NCBI GenBank assembly: GCA_028534125.1
Contig: CM052817.1
Location: forward strand, 92,754,001-92,818,000
Reading direction: 5' to 3'
Length of the DNA stretch: 64,000 nucleotides
Origin: Lama glama
Taxonomy: Eukaryota
This document shows, piece by piece, positions 52,461 to 64,000 of the stretch. The translations under genes and the position numbers were made by a program. The notes beneath the pieces were generated by a model that saw only the letters and a list, made by a program, of their open reading frames with translations, made no database searches and was not told the DNA's origin. Each line of letters begins with the position of its first letter. Within the stretch, counting starts at the first letter, position 1.

Positions 52461-53717
52461 GTCAGAAATGCCTTTTAAAAACCACAGCAAAAAGAGGAGG
52501 GGGGTTGTTCCTGGCTGTGGAAGCAAGAACAGACACTATAAAGATTAAATTCCACCACTGGTTAGTGAACAACTTGGGGAAGATTCTAGTCTTCTCCTCC
52601 TTAAGTCCCCCCCCCGCCCCGGTTAAGTGTGACTGGCCAGGCTGGTGTTCTCACCGCGTGTCAGGATCTGGGCTTGCAGGTGTCCTGCTCACATTGGCCT
52701 TGCGTCCTGCTGCAGAAGGACCTGGCGGCCACCCTCTGAGGCTGGAGACCCGGCCCCTCTGCCTGGGGCTTTGCGCTGCTCGCTTCCCTAACCACTGAGG
52801 TTAAGCTGTTTCTCTAACCTAAATGATGGAGGCTTTGATTTTTCTTGAAGCAGCTTTAAAACAAAATTCCGGCAGCCAATTCCTGCCTCAATCTCTAAGG
52901 TTTTGGTCGGGGGAAAAAAATGCATCTTTTTCTTTCCCTTGAAACCTAAGTGTCCCAAGGGAAGCGCAACAATTTTTTATAAAGTGTAATCACGCTCTGA
53001 AACTGAGACAGCCACACAAATGGCATACTTCAGTGCTCTGAGAATTTATCCTGGTCCAAAGTAAGACTCAACACTAGTGTAAGATGCCTGTACTGGGTCA
53101 GTGGGTAACTGGTGAAGCCAGACAGGGTTGTCCTCAGCCAACATAGACTGCAATGAATAAGGAACAGGCTCTCCGAAACCTCAGAAGTTAAAATCTTAGA
53201 AGACCCTGCAGGATTTCTGAAAAGGTACACTGGAGGGGAGGACCTACATTTTATAAGCTTCACTGCTTTGCAAGGGAAACAATTTCACTTTGTCCCATAT
53301 TAAACTATTGCCAGGCATGCTTTCAAAATCGGAGACTGTGTCTATAAATAGTTTTTAAAAACGTTTAAAATGAAAGATTCTAAAAAGGCTCTTCCATTTC
53401 AAATGCAAAATATCTCTGCACAACTCGCAGTGATGGCATAGGCTTAGATAGTGCTATTTAATGAAGACCTGCCTTGTTTCATCATCTTTATCTGTTCTGT
53501 CAGGATCTAATAGAGACAATTTGTTAATTGATGTGTCTAATTTGTTGTAAAACGTGACAAGGAGTATTTAGCTACTGTGAAGCAATCTTAGTGTGGACAC
53601 TGTTTGGAGTGGTCGATACTTGGCTAAAAATATTGGCTTTCTGCTCTCCCCAACCCCAGCTACTTGCATTCAACACATCCTATCCTATTTTCAATGATCT
53701 GAAAATTAAGCCTTGGT

Positions 53718-53812
53718 GGGGAGGGTATAGCTCAGTGGTAGAGCACATGCTTAGCATGCACAAGGTCCTGGATTCAATCTCCAGTACCTCCATCAAACAA
53801 TAATAATAATAA
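53718..53812 (+). mobile_element. tRNA-Ala(AGC)-derived SINE (camelid Vic-1 type) with (TAA)n tail and TSD
   Basis: GGGGAGGGTATAGCTCAGTGGTAGAGCACATGCTTAGCATGCACAAGGTCCTGGATTCAATCTCCAGTACCTCCA has an A box and a degenerate B box. TSD taagccttg at 53707-53715 and 53813-53821. Confidence 0.9.
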
Positions 53813-53924
53813 TAAGCCTTGCTTTATTCTGGAAAATTCTAGGCCAACTCCTAAGAAAGCAAAAAGGCTACGTTGATCTTTTGCCTGTCTTATTTTCACT
53901 TTTCTTTTTCTTCCTTTGAGGAGA

Positions 53925-54550
53925 GTGTATAGTGACCAATTGCCGGAGTCAGACCACCTGGGCCCAAATTCCAGCTCCATCATTTAATAGTCACGTGAGC
54001 TTGGGCAAGTCACTTAACCTCTCCGAGCTTCAATTTCCTCATTTGAAGAATAGGGACCATCAATAAGAGTACTTGTCATGCAAGATCATTGTTTTTTCAA
54101 AAAAAATTAAAATAGGTAAAGTGCTTAGAGCAGTGCCTGGCACACACCAAGTACTGCAAAAGCGCACGTAGCTGCTGTTACCAGGGCAACACCTCCTGAA
54201 CACCACGCACAGCGGCGGGAAGAGGAAGATCTGGGGGGTGAGACGGATGTGACTTTAAATTCTGCCATGTTTTAGCTTCATGTCCTCTGAGCCTCGGTTT
54301 CCTCAGCTGTAAATGGGGCCTCCTAACAGAATGTCATACACAGATCTAATGCCTCGCATTTAGCCAGAATCCTGCCGCTGTATGGCAGTAGCCAGAACTG
54401 GAGGCTCTGAACCACAAAGCCTGCGAGACTTCGGGCAAACTGCTAACCTCCCCGAGGTTCAGCTCCCTTTTAAGTAAATGGCAATAAATATAGTACTGAG
54501 TTCATAACATTGATGTGATGATTAAATGAAATAAGGCACTTAAAGTACAG
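53925..54550 (+). mobile_element. MIR cluster (~53925-54170, ~54260-54320, ~54400-54550)
   Basis: gtgagcttgggcaagtcacttaacctctccgagcttcaatttcctcattt; ctctgagcctcggtttcctcagctgtaaatggg; gtgatgattaaatgaaataa. Confidence 0.8.
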
Positions 54551-54681
54551 TCAGGTCTCAATATACATTGTTTAAAATTATAAGACAGTCACTCCTCTCA
54601 AAGAGCCAGCATATGTTATACAGGAACCTTGAAAAAATGTTCCTTATTTAAAAAGACCTATTTGTATTTCAGTAATAATTT

Positions 54682-54876
54682 ATTTTTTTAACATTTTTTA
54701 TTGATTTATAATCATTTTACAATGTTGTGTCAAATTCCAGTGTTCAGCACAATTTTTCAGTCATTCATGGACATATACACACTCATTGTCACATTTTTTT
54801 CTCTGTGATTTATCATAACATTTTGTGTATATTTCCCTGTGCTATACAGTGTAATCTTGTTTATCTATTCTACAAT
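54682..54876 (-). mobile_element. Young-looking lineage-specific L1 3' end running into the assembly gap
   Basis: T-rich tail, then ttgatttataatcattttacaatgttgtgtcaaattccagtgttcagc...ccctgtgctatacagtgtaatcttgtttatctattctacaat, directly followed by Ns. Confidence 0.85.
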
Positions 54877-54976
54877 NNNNNNNNNNNNNNNNNNNNNNNN
54901 NNNNNNNNNNNNNNNNNNNNNNNNNNNNNNNNNNNNNNNNNNNNNNNNNNNNNNNNNNNNNNNNNNNNNNNNNNNN
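54877..54976. other. Assembly gap (100 N)
   Basis: Run of 100 n characters. Confidence 1.
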
Positions 54977-55589
54977 TGAAAACACCTCTTCCCAGTGAGG
55001 CCAGATTAGTGGGCTGTAACAGGAAGATTAACCTACAGTGGCACATTAAATCTCTCCGTAATCTGTCATGAAATCCCACTGCCTCTTCTTTCAGTAATCT
55101 CTGAAATCTGTCCTTTCCCTTCTCCCTCTACTACTAATTCCCAACCAGTTTATTACTTTCGTTTTTGCTGCAAAAGACAAGTATAAAACAAAACGTAGTT
55201 CTTCACCAAATTTGAAATCGTCTACCTGGATCCTGACTACTTTACTTTGCGATCTTCACCCAATCCAGGGCTAGCTGCCATTATCAATTTAATCTTCTTT
55301 TCTCATTGTCAAAATGTGTCACTATAACAACTTAAAATGTACCTTCTAATTTCTTGATTAGCTTCATTCTATATTCCTTACTTATCTCAAGTATGTCCTC
55401 TTTTCACAACATCTCCCAGGAAAAATTCTATTCTGTGAAATGTCAGCTAATCTGAAATTGCATCTTTTCCCCCTTTTCTCCCTCTAGACGAATCATCTTT
55501 GTGTGAGACAGGGCAAGGGGACAATGTGTCAGCTGTTACATTATAAGCTTAGCTCTGCGGAGGGCTTTAGAATTAGTCCTCCAGACGGG

Positions 55590-55930
55590 CTGACAGTGAT
55601 GAGCGCTACTAGGAGGCTGGGGCCGCGCGTGCGCACTAGGGGAAGGGAGCCGGTGAAGGTACAGGGCGGCCGTGACAGGGAGTCACCAGGGATCTCTCGG
55701 ACAGCAGGGGGCGCTGCCACAGGTGGAACAGGCCCCGGCCTACACGTGAGAAGCCTGATTACCAAAAGGGATCTGCTCCTGTGGCTCTGGGTCCAGTGAC
55801 CTCAACAATGACAACCGTGAGTTCAGCGTGGTTGTCACCACTAAGGAGCAGCAAAGATTTCTAAAAGATCACCTCTGGGTAAGTGGCCATCCTGAGTCAC
55901 AGTGTTCCCAACACAACTCTTGAGTCACAA
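55590..55930. promoter_or_regulatory. Small CpG-rich regulatory patch with CTCF, NRF1 and AP-1 motifs
   Basis: CTCF-like CGGACAGCAGGGGGCGCTG (55698-55716). NRF1 consensus TGCGCACGCGCG on the minus strand (55624-55635). TGAGTCA at 55893-55899 and 55921-55927. Confidence 0.55.
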
Positions 55931-56628
55931 CCATCCAGCTCCTCCACTACTCTGTCTGCAGCTTTCAGGACAGTCAGCCCTGAGGGCGCAAACACAGCAT
56001 CAGGTGCAAGCAGCCGTTACTGCTGGCACAGCTTCAGGGCTCAAATTCTAGAAAGGCAGGCCAGGCTAAGGACATGTCCATCTTATTTCACAAATGGCTC
56101 TGTCCTATCAGTCACTAAAATAAATGCTATGTAGATGTTAGCTGAGCTGTTACTTTGAGCTGGGTAAATTTTCTCTACTTTCTTCCTGTGTCTTCTCTGA
56201 GCTCCCTTAACTTCATCTGCCAAGCAGCTCACCCCAAGCAAAGACATCGCAGAGGAGGGCTTCTTACACCTACTGACAGACAGCAGGAAATAAATGAGAC
56301 GAAAGGAAACCCACGCTACCCCAAATGGAAGAACCCAAAGGCCGTTTGCTTCCATTGGACAGAGATAAGAAAACAGCGTTGTCAACCAAATCTTAGCAGG
56401 GGAGGGATTCTGTGTGTTCCATATTTAGGAGTTTTAGATTTATGAAATTTCTCTACTAAAGGAGTTGAATTTTTATCTTCCAGAATTTGTTGGGGAGAAA
56501 AAACCTCCTGAGTACCACCTAAAAGCATAATGTAGAAAAGTAAGCAAAGATAAAGTAACAGTCTGTGAAGTTCAAGATTTTTTAGAACAAAATAATAACT
56601 GATTTGTTCTTTCATGTGTGCAAGAGAA

Positions 56629-56632
<4 letters not shown>

Positions 56633-56658
<26 letters not shown>
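56633..56658. repeat. (AG)13 microsatellite
   Basis: Seen directly. Confidence 0.95.
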
Positions 56659-56659
<1 letters not shown>

Positions 56660-58065
56660 ATCTACCTATATTTAGAGAGAAAACTGATAGTTTTTTAAAA
56701 CCAATTATTTCTTTAGAGACAGGAATTTTCATGGCAGTTTAAAGAACCACTTAAACTGATGCGTTCACTGGTGTCTGTAAATGGCCCCCACTCAGTGTCA
56801 ATGGAATTGAAAAGCTTTTGGTTTTTAGATTTCTACTCCCTTTGGAGAATTCTGTTTAATTTTCAAAACTGTCAACTGTTCCACTTGTGCCCCAGAATTC
56901 TCCGAACTCTATGGTCACTCTGCATTCAACACTGTTTCACTGTCAAAGTATAATTATGTGTTTGTACCAAAGAAACCAAATGCCCTTTGCTTCTCAAAAG
57001 AATGCTTCAGCTCTGCCACTTAGGTTAGTTGCTCAGACCCAACGCACGGGCTTGGGGCACCCCTGCCGCACGCTGATTTCAGCTCTGAGTTCCTCTGCTG
57101 TTCTGAACTCTTCAGAGAAAAGAGACTAAAATAATCCAGAGTAAGCTACACATAGTAGTGACCATATTCCCTGAAAGTTTTTTTTTTTAAAGCCCAAAAG
57201 CAATGTGCATAATAATCGAGGGATTAAATAGTGCTTCTGATGCCACTGCTCTTCTGCTGTACACATTACCGGCCACGTTTCCTGGAAACCACATAACCTT
57301 GACCCCAGTGCCCAGGGTAACTGAGGGAATCCCATTCAATTCCTGGTCAACAGTCACAGGCACCATTACTGGGTTTTCTAACATTTTCTAATTGTTTTGG
57401 TCTCCGTGTCTTCGTGTCCTGAAATGACTTTGGGGCAGTTTTTCTTGTGCTCCTGAGCCTGATTTCCTACCTTTCTAACTCAGTCCAGGAAAAAAAAAAA
57501 GTGCCTAATAGAGCCAGGAGTCTGCAAAGTCAAGAAACAGGACAAACTTATTTTTTAGTATGTTAAGTACGTTTGCATATATCACATTCGGTATGGTTTT
57601 CTTTAAATTTAGGTGAAGGACCTCTACATGAAAGCAATGGGTACACTAGTGAACCTGACAAAAACAGAAAACAAAAAACACACACCAATACATCGTTTTT
57701 CTTGCATTAACAAACTTTCAGAGCCTCTATAGATACTTATCATATGCTCTAAAGATAAGCTTACCCTGTTTCCTGACTTCTAAGACACTGAATAAAAGGC
57801 ACACTCCTGAGGAAGCTGACAGAATGGTTCATTAAAGATAGTGAGTCTGATAATGGCATTACCCAACCCCCCCACCACCACAGGGTAGTTTCTCAACAAC
57901 CCAGAAAGCAGAGAGAAATAACCAGTTCTGTTGAGTTTATATACCAGGAATTGAGATCCTTAGATACTGACTTTTTACCATAAGCAGGAAAAACATTATC
58001 AATAACCACACTCAGAAAACCAATCAGATGACTCTCTGAAAATGCCTTGTGCTCCTGGCCACAAT

Positions 58066-58076
58066 TGAAAAAAAAA

Positions 58077-58110
<34 letters not shown>

Positions 58111-58583
58111 GTATAGTCAGTTTTACAAAGTTGTGTCAATTTCTAGTGTACAGCACAATGCTTGTCATACATGAATATACGTATATTTGTTTTCATATTC
58201 TTCCTCACCATAAGTTACAAGATATTAAATATAGTTCCCTGTGCTACACAGTATGAACTTGTTGTTTATCTATTTTATATATAGTAGTTCATAATTCCCA
58301 ATTTATCCCTTTCCTCCCCCTACCCTCTCAGTAACCATAAGTTTGTTTTCTATATCTGTGAGTCTGTTTCTGTTTTGTAAATAAGTTCATTCACCTTTTT
58401 TTTTTTTAAGATTCCACATGTAAGTGATACCCTATGATATTTTTCTTTCTCTTTCTGTCTTACTTCACTTAAAATGACAATCTCCAGGACCATCCATGTT
58501 GCTGCAAATTGCATTATTTTATTATTTTTTTATGGCTAAGTAGTATTCTGTTGTATAAATATACCACGACTTCTTTATTCAGT
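58066..58583 (-). mobile_element. Lineage-type L1 3' end with a compound A/(TA)n/(GA)n tract at its tail
   Basis: gaggtatagtcagttttacaaagttgtgtcaatttctagtgtacagc...agattccacatgtaagtgat...catccatgttgctgcaaat. Probable TSD ctggccacaat (58055-58065) and ctggtcacaat (58584-58594). Confidence 0.88.
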
Positions 58584-59937
58584 CTGGTCACAATCTTGAT
58601 CCTAAACAAAATCTTTTCTTCCCTTCCTCCTCTTCCTTTTCCATTCTGGCTTAAAACTACTAACAGGTTTGATTTACACGTTAGTGGTGTTGGTCTCAGT
58701 GAGGAATTTTGGTTCTGTCTTGCCTGGAAGTTACAAAGTGGAAGTTACAGGAGGTGCTGAACTGAACTGAGACATAGCCTTATAAAAGAGCACAATAAGG
58801 ATCCAGATCAGCAGGAAAGCTATGTCTCAGGAGGAGATCCCTGTTAGATATTTCCATTTCCCTTCTTTTTTGCCCAAAGACATAGAGACACTGAGAATGG
58901 ACACAAAGTTGGTTATGGAGTCCTTTCTGCCAGTGTGACAGAATGTGTACACACAACTCACATCCAGATGCACAAAGATGTGTAGTACAAATGCCTCACA
59001 TGACTGATACCTTTCTAGGCATTTATGAAAGCTATAAAGGCAGCTGACTAAAGGGCCAAAAAAAATGCATCAATGAAGACTGAGCAAAGATTAAATATAC
59101 GCTCTTTGGAAGTATAATGGAAAATTAAGTTAACAGACTTTGTAAGTGCCCCATCCCAACCCTTGCACACATATACCTGATTTCCATCTCTGAATAAAGT
59201 AGTATAATGTGATACGGATCAGACCACCCCTAATTTGAATCATTATTTAAATTTATGTAGAATGCATTGTCAAATAAATGCACGCAATTCATTCTTAGGC
59301 ACGAGTCAGAAACACATGACAAAAAAAATGACAGCTCAGTGCTCCTTCATATTTACCATTTTAATGATTTCAGCTTAGCAGGTAATTGTTTCTATGACCT
59401 GAAGTTACAATCACTTTCTCCTAAATAGTTGAAAGGAGTGTTATCATTCCTCAGGCTTTGTAGTAATGCTATATATCTGAAACATCTATTCAAGCTACAC
59501 ATCTGAAAGACAAGGAATATCCAGATTTAACTTTTTTCCAGGAAACCACACCAAATAAAGGGTTGTATCCACTGAAAAAGGGAACTTGCAGAGCAAACAC
59601 AAAGCTAAATACCAGAGATGTGGCATTTTGAAAATAATCCCAGCGTCTATTTTAACTGTAACTCTCTCAATTTGCCAACTACGGAAAAGAAATGGACTTT
59701 AAAAATAACAGAAGTACTTTCACATTTCTCACCAAGTCCATTCTTGGCAGTCTGAGGGCTGAGTTGGTGCTAAAGGATGCTTGGGCTTCTGATCAACAGA
59801 GAAGCAGGTCTGGAAACTTCTAGTATAGACATAGCATGAACTAGAGTGAAGATTAGGAATGAGCTTGAAGCCCAGAGAGGTGAAAAGACTGACTGGTTGA
59901 AATAAAGATTCATTTGGGAAAAATGTGGATTGGACAA

Positions 59938-60513
59938 TGTGGTAGACCATATTTTGCAAATTTGCCATCATAATATCTCCCATCTCATAGATTCTTCTCA
60001 TGATGCCACCCTGACACTCCTCCCATGGAGAGATGAGGTCCATGGCTCTTCTCCTTGAACCCAGCTGGGCAGAACTTTTAAAGTCTTTTTACCAATTGAG
60101 TACTCATAACAGCTCTGCAACTTTCAAGGCTCGATCACGAACATGCCTTGCCCTCTTGTGATGTTCATTTCTGGGGCCTGCTGCCATGCTTTAAGGAAAT
60201 CCAAACTAGTCTAGGTGGACAGACTACATGCAGAAGCCATATGTAGGTCACCTCCGGTAAGATCTCCAAAGAGAGTCAGCATCAACCACCGGACACACTG
60301 AGTAACGACGCTGCCACAGTGCCCCTGCCATCAAGTCACCCCAACTTTTAAGTCTTCTCAGCTGAGAGCCCAGACACTGGGGATCAGAGATAAGCTGCTG
60401 CCTCTGGGCTCTGTCCCGATTCCTGACCCGCAGACTCTGTGAGCATAAAAATGGTTGTTTTATGCCACCTAAGTGCTGGGGCGACTGGTTATACAGAAAA
60501 AGTAACTGGAACA
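59938..60513 (+). mobile_element. MLT1 (F/G-like) LTR
   Basis: tgtggtagac...gacactcctcccatggagagatgaggtcc...ttcctgacccgcagactctgtgagcataaaaatggttgttttatgccacctaagt...taactggaaca. Confidence 0.85.
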
Positions 60514-61226
60514 GGCACCTATTGTGAGACAAGTATTAGAACTCATATGACCAGGCTAAGAGGTGTACGGGAAATCAGGGGAGATTTTCATACAGAGTGA
60601 TTTGGTAATTAAGAGCTTAAGACATGAGAGAGGATGAGTAAGAGGAAAAATCATTTAAAAAATTGTTACATTGGCCTGATCTAATTTTAGTAGAAGAGAA
60701 TGAAAAAGGAGGGGAGAGATGTTTCATTGGAAGTGTCAGTGAGTTTTGATGCTAATGGAGTGTGAAAGACAAAGGGGTGAGGGGAATTGCACACTTTTCC
60801 CAGGGGCCATTTGCAAGCAGGACAAACAAAAAGGACAGCCAGGCACCAGAAGTGGAAGACAGACAGCTTGTGTTTCAGACTCAAGACATCTGAAGCAACC
60901 TAGAGCACCCAGGAGGACAGTATAAGCAGTCTGAAAGACAAGGCTAAAAACCTAAGGGAAAAGATGTGTTGAGATCTATACATCATCTGAATAAAGGGGA
61001 CAGTTAAAAGGACAAAACAGAATTGCTCTATGAAGAGAAAGATTTTAGAAACAAGAGGGCGAAACACTCCAGATTTACCGGGCATCTGCATCTTTCTGCA
61101 GTTCCCTAACTGCCTCCATTCACACCCTGCCCTTCATCCCAGGCCTCCCCTTCGGCACTGTCCTCCTTCCCATTATCATGCATATCCTTTGCTTGTCACA
61201 CTTGGTCCTCCTTTTAATTTCCTCCC

Positions 61227-61616
61227 TGTTATGGACTGCATTGTGTCCTCCTAAAATTCATATGTGAAGCTCTAACCCCCAACATGACTGTATTTGGATC
61301 TCCTACCTAGTGTCTATGAGGAGGTGACAAAGGTTAAATGAGGTCACAAGGGTGGGGCCCTAATCCGACAGGGCCAGTGTCCTTATAAGAGGAGGCAGAG
61401 ATGCCAGAGCTCTCTCTCCCCACCATGTGAGGACACAGCAAGAAGGCAGCTGTCTACGAGCCAAGAGAAGAGGGCTTGGAGTGAAACCTACCTTGCCAGA
61501 ACCTTGATCTTGGATTTTCCAGCCTCCAAAAGTGTGAGAAATAAACTTCTGTTGTTTAAGTCTATAGTATTATAGCTATAACGGTATGGTTATAGCAGCC
61601 TGAGCTGACTAATACA
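61227..61616 (+). mobile_element. MLT1A/B-like LTR, full length
   Basis: TG...CA ends. tgttatggactg..aaaattcatatgtgaag..gttaaatgaggtcacaagggtggggccctaatcc..ccagcctccaaaagtgtgagaaataaa..gctgactaataca. Confidence 0.9.
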
Positions 61617-62688
61617 ATCCTTGCTCCAAATACTTTTTATGTCTTTCTCCAGACCTTACTTGACCAAGTAGACTTTGTCCAGGCATGTATGAAAGATTAT
61701 CCTAAAATGGCTTAGATCATGGAGGGACAGCTTCATGGTCACCAAGAAACTTCATAATGAAAATATTTATGATAAGAAATAATCCATTACTTTTTGTTAG
61801 AATGCTATTTAGTAAATTTGTCAAATTTGTTTACATTTTATTTTAGTTATGTAAATTTAATTTACACAAAAAGTACTTGTGGGAGTTATTTGGGTAGCGG
61901 TACATAAATAACACACCTGCAAGGCACAGAGGAAAACTGACATATAAACGGGGCTAAGTGGAACTGAGCTTGTGCTAGGGGGAGAAACAGGTATGTGTCG
62001 GGCTCTTGGGAGTATGACCCAGGGCTCCTGAAGGGAAGGCTGGCTTCTAATAGCATCTGCCGTCTTGACTTCTCTTGGCAAGACAAACATTGGAAATAAA
62101 ACTAAAAAAATGTAAACCTTAGGGAAACAACAGACCAATACCCGCTAGCAATGGTCAGTAAGACCAGGGACATGAACTAGAACCAGTGACTTAGAGCTAG
62201 AAGGAGACTTGGAGTCACATAATCCAGTCTACAGATGAAGTCGTTTAGGTGAGAATCTCTCAGGACCTTTTGAACGCTCCCCTCCTCTTACAGCATTCCA
62301 CAGTATGCCCACTGGAGTTAGGGTGAGGGAGAAACTTTCCTATCATGACTTCCAGATTTTCCCGCATTCATGCACGCATTCATCATGTGTTCACTCCACC
62401 AAGACATGAGAAGCACTAGGCACCAGGTTTTCTTAAGTAGTTTGTATAAGAGATGAGTACATTGCAGTTCATAGTGACATGAAATCCATTATATGGAAGG
62501 AAATGCTGATGTTATAAAAGTGCAACCAGCACAAAATCAGCAAAATAACAAAAACAATAACCACCCAATTCTCAAATTAAAAAACATTTTGAAGTAGTAA
62601 TCTGAATTGTTACTGAAATTCTGATAGGTGTCAGAGAGGCAACTATACTATAAAACCCCCCATATGTTTAAAAATCCTCTTTTGACCT

Positions 62689-63089
62689 TGTAGTGGGTTG
62701 AACAGTGGCTCCTAAAAAGATTGTCCAAGTCTTATCCCTTAGAACCTTAGAAACTTGGCTTGGAAAAGGTCTTTGCAGATATAATTAATGATCATCTTGA
62801 TATGACAAATGTCCTTATGAGAGAAAGGCAGAGGCACAACTGGGACTCACAGTTATAGGGGAGGTCATGTGAAGACAGAGACCAGGATTGGAGCCAAGCC
62901 AAAGAATGCCTGGAACTACCAGAAGCTGGAAGGGCAAGGAAGGCGTCTCCCCAAGAGCCTTCCAAGGGAACACGGCCCTGCTGACACTTTGATTTCAGAC
63001 TTCTGGCCTCCATAACTCAGAATACATTTCGGTTGTTTTAAGCCACCCAGTCGTGGTAATTTGTTATGACAGTTCTAGAAAACTAATAC
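62689..63089 (+). mobile_element. MLT1C-like LTR
   Basis: tgtagtgggttgaacagtggc..ggtctttgcagatataattaa..accagaagctggaagggcaaggaagg..ggccctgctgacactttgatttcagacttctggcctcca..aaactaatac. Confidence 0.9.
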
Positions 63090-63289
63090 CATCTCTTTCT
63101 CTCCAAAGGCCCATTACTCATTACAACTATTTGTCACAAATCTCTTTTTCTTCTCAAAACTCCAGCCAGTCTGGGTCTCCTCACTTCTCGCCTTCTCCAT
63201 CCTAGTCGTCCAAATATGTTCTTTTCTCTAGTGGGTCTGTGCTCTCTATGAACTTAGTAAATATGTCAAATTTTCGATATCCTTCAAAT

Positions 63290-63560
63290 TATTTTGCTTG
63301 ATCTACTTAATTCTCACGAAGGTATGCTAAAATCTTTAAGTGCAGATTTCTGAACGTTTTATACTGAGTCCACTGGATTTTCTTTATTTAGAATCTATAG
63401 TGTTGGTACAGCACAAATTCATGATTGTTATGTCTTCTTAGTGAATTGTTCCTATTAGTAATAAATAGTATTTCTCTTTATCTCTATCGATGCTTTTGCC
63501 TTAATTTTTATTTTATTCAATGTTATTATCATTGTTAAGGTCAGCTTGCTTTTAGCTAGT
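63290..63560 (-). mobile_element. Old L1ME-like fragment
   Basis: gattgttatgtcttcttagtgaattgttcct...ctctttatctcta..atgcttttgccttaa. Confidence 0.5.
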
Positions 63561-64000
63561 AGAGGGATGTGTGTGCATGTACACACACAAAAGCAGTGTC
63601 TTGGCATTAAATTAATTGGACTACAGATGAGCTATATACAAATATACCTACCAGCTTAGTAAGGTATACTTCCCAGTTTAGTAAGTAAAGGTAGATACTT
63701 AAACGAACCACTAGATCAGATGTGCACAGTGTATAGTATGTAGTTAATGTCAGCATACTCCTTTTGATGTCCCCACTGAAACACAGAGTAACTCCTGCAG
63801 GTACTGAAGAGAGATACCTAGAGCAGGTGGTCACAGCTGACACTGTTCTCTGTCTTCGAGTGCAGAAATAAACCACCACTGTGTATTTGAAATAAAACAG
63901 CCACCACCTTTGCTACAATAGCACTAAGCCAACATCCCAACTAAACAGGTCATGACTAAGGAGTTTGTGCTTTGGAAACCTTTACTCTCTTTTCTCTATA

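Noticed and set aside
52349..52798. 149-aa + strand ORF
   Set aside because: It begins inside an L1 3'UTR and runs into GC-rich sequence with few stop codons; no protein resemblance.
53718..53792. Functional tRNA-Ala(AGC) gene
   Set aside because: The TSD, A-rich tail, disrupted anticodon stem and altered B box indicate a SINE.
54727..55079. ORFs spanning the N run
   Set aside because: Artefacts of translating through the assembly gap.
57765..57787. 23-nt minus-strand micro-exon (ccttttattcAG...AGG|GTAAGC)
   Set aside because: Short pyrimidine tract, not frame-preserving, no other support.
3300..58583. L1 strand bias as evidence of host orientation
   Set aside because: L1 fragments are split roughly evenly between strands, so they are uninformative.
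1..64000. A novel multi-gene system, CRISPR array, operon or viral/numt insert
   Set aside because: No ORF exceeds 149 aa, and I saw no regularly spaced repeats, no recognisable protein domains other than L1 remnants, and no compositional island. It looks like ordinary mammalian intronic DNA.

Overview
Mammalian, AT-rich, repeat-rich, non-coding-looking DNA. It is most likely from a camelid: a tRNA-Ala-derived Vic-1-type SINE is present, and I recognised no Alu, B1, Bov-A, PRE-1 or SINEC copies. No convincing protein-coding gene, RNA gene or novel multi-gene system is visible. The listed ORFs look like chance ORFs or LINE/LTR remnants. The window reads as part of a long intron of a minus-strand gene. 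It has one well-formed 156-nt exon (5030-4875), tentatively like the non-coding exon 2 of APBB2 (from unverified memory), and two weaker exon candidates near 21 kb. Together these three exons could splice into an open reading frame of at least 87 codons, or encode a hydrophobic uORF. The rest is L1, L2, MIR, MLT1 LTR and hAT (MER) remnants, several nested or with visible target-site duplications. Other items are an old ~165-bp local duplication, a tailless internal L1 ORF2 insertion, CTCF/NRF1/AP-1 motif clusters and a 100-N assembly gap. Repeat subfamily names and most repeat boundaries are by-eye estimates.
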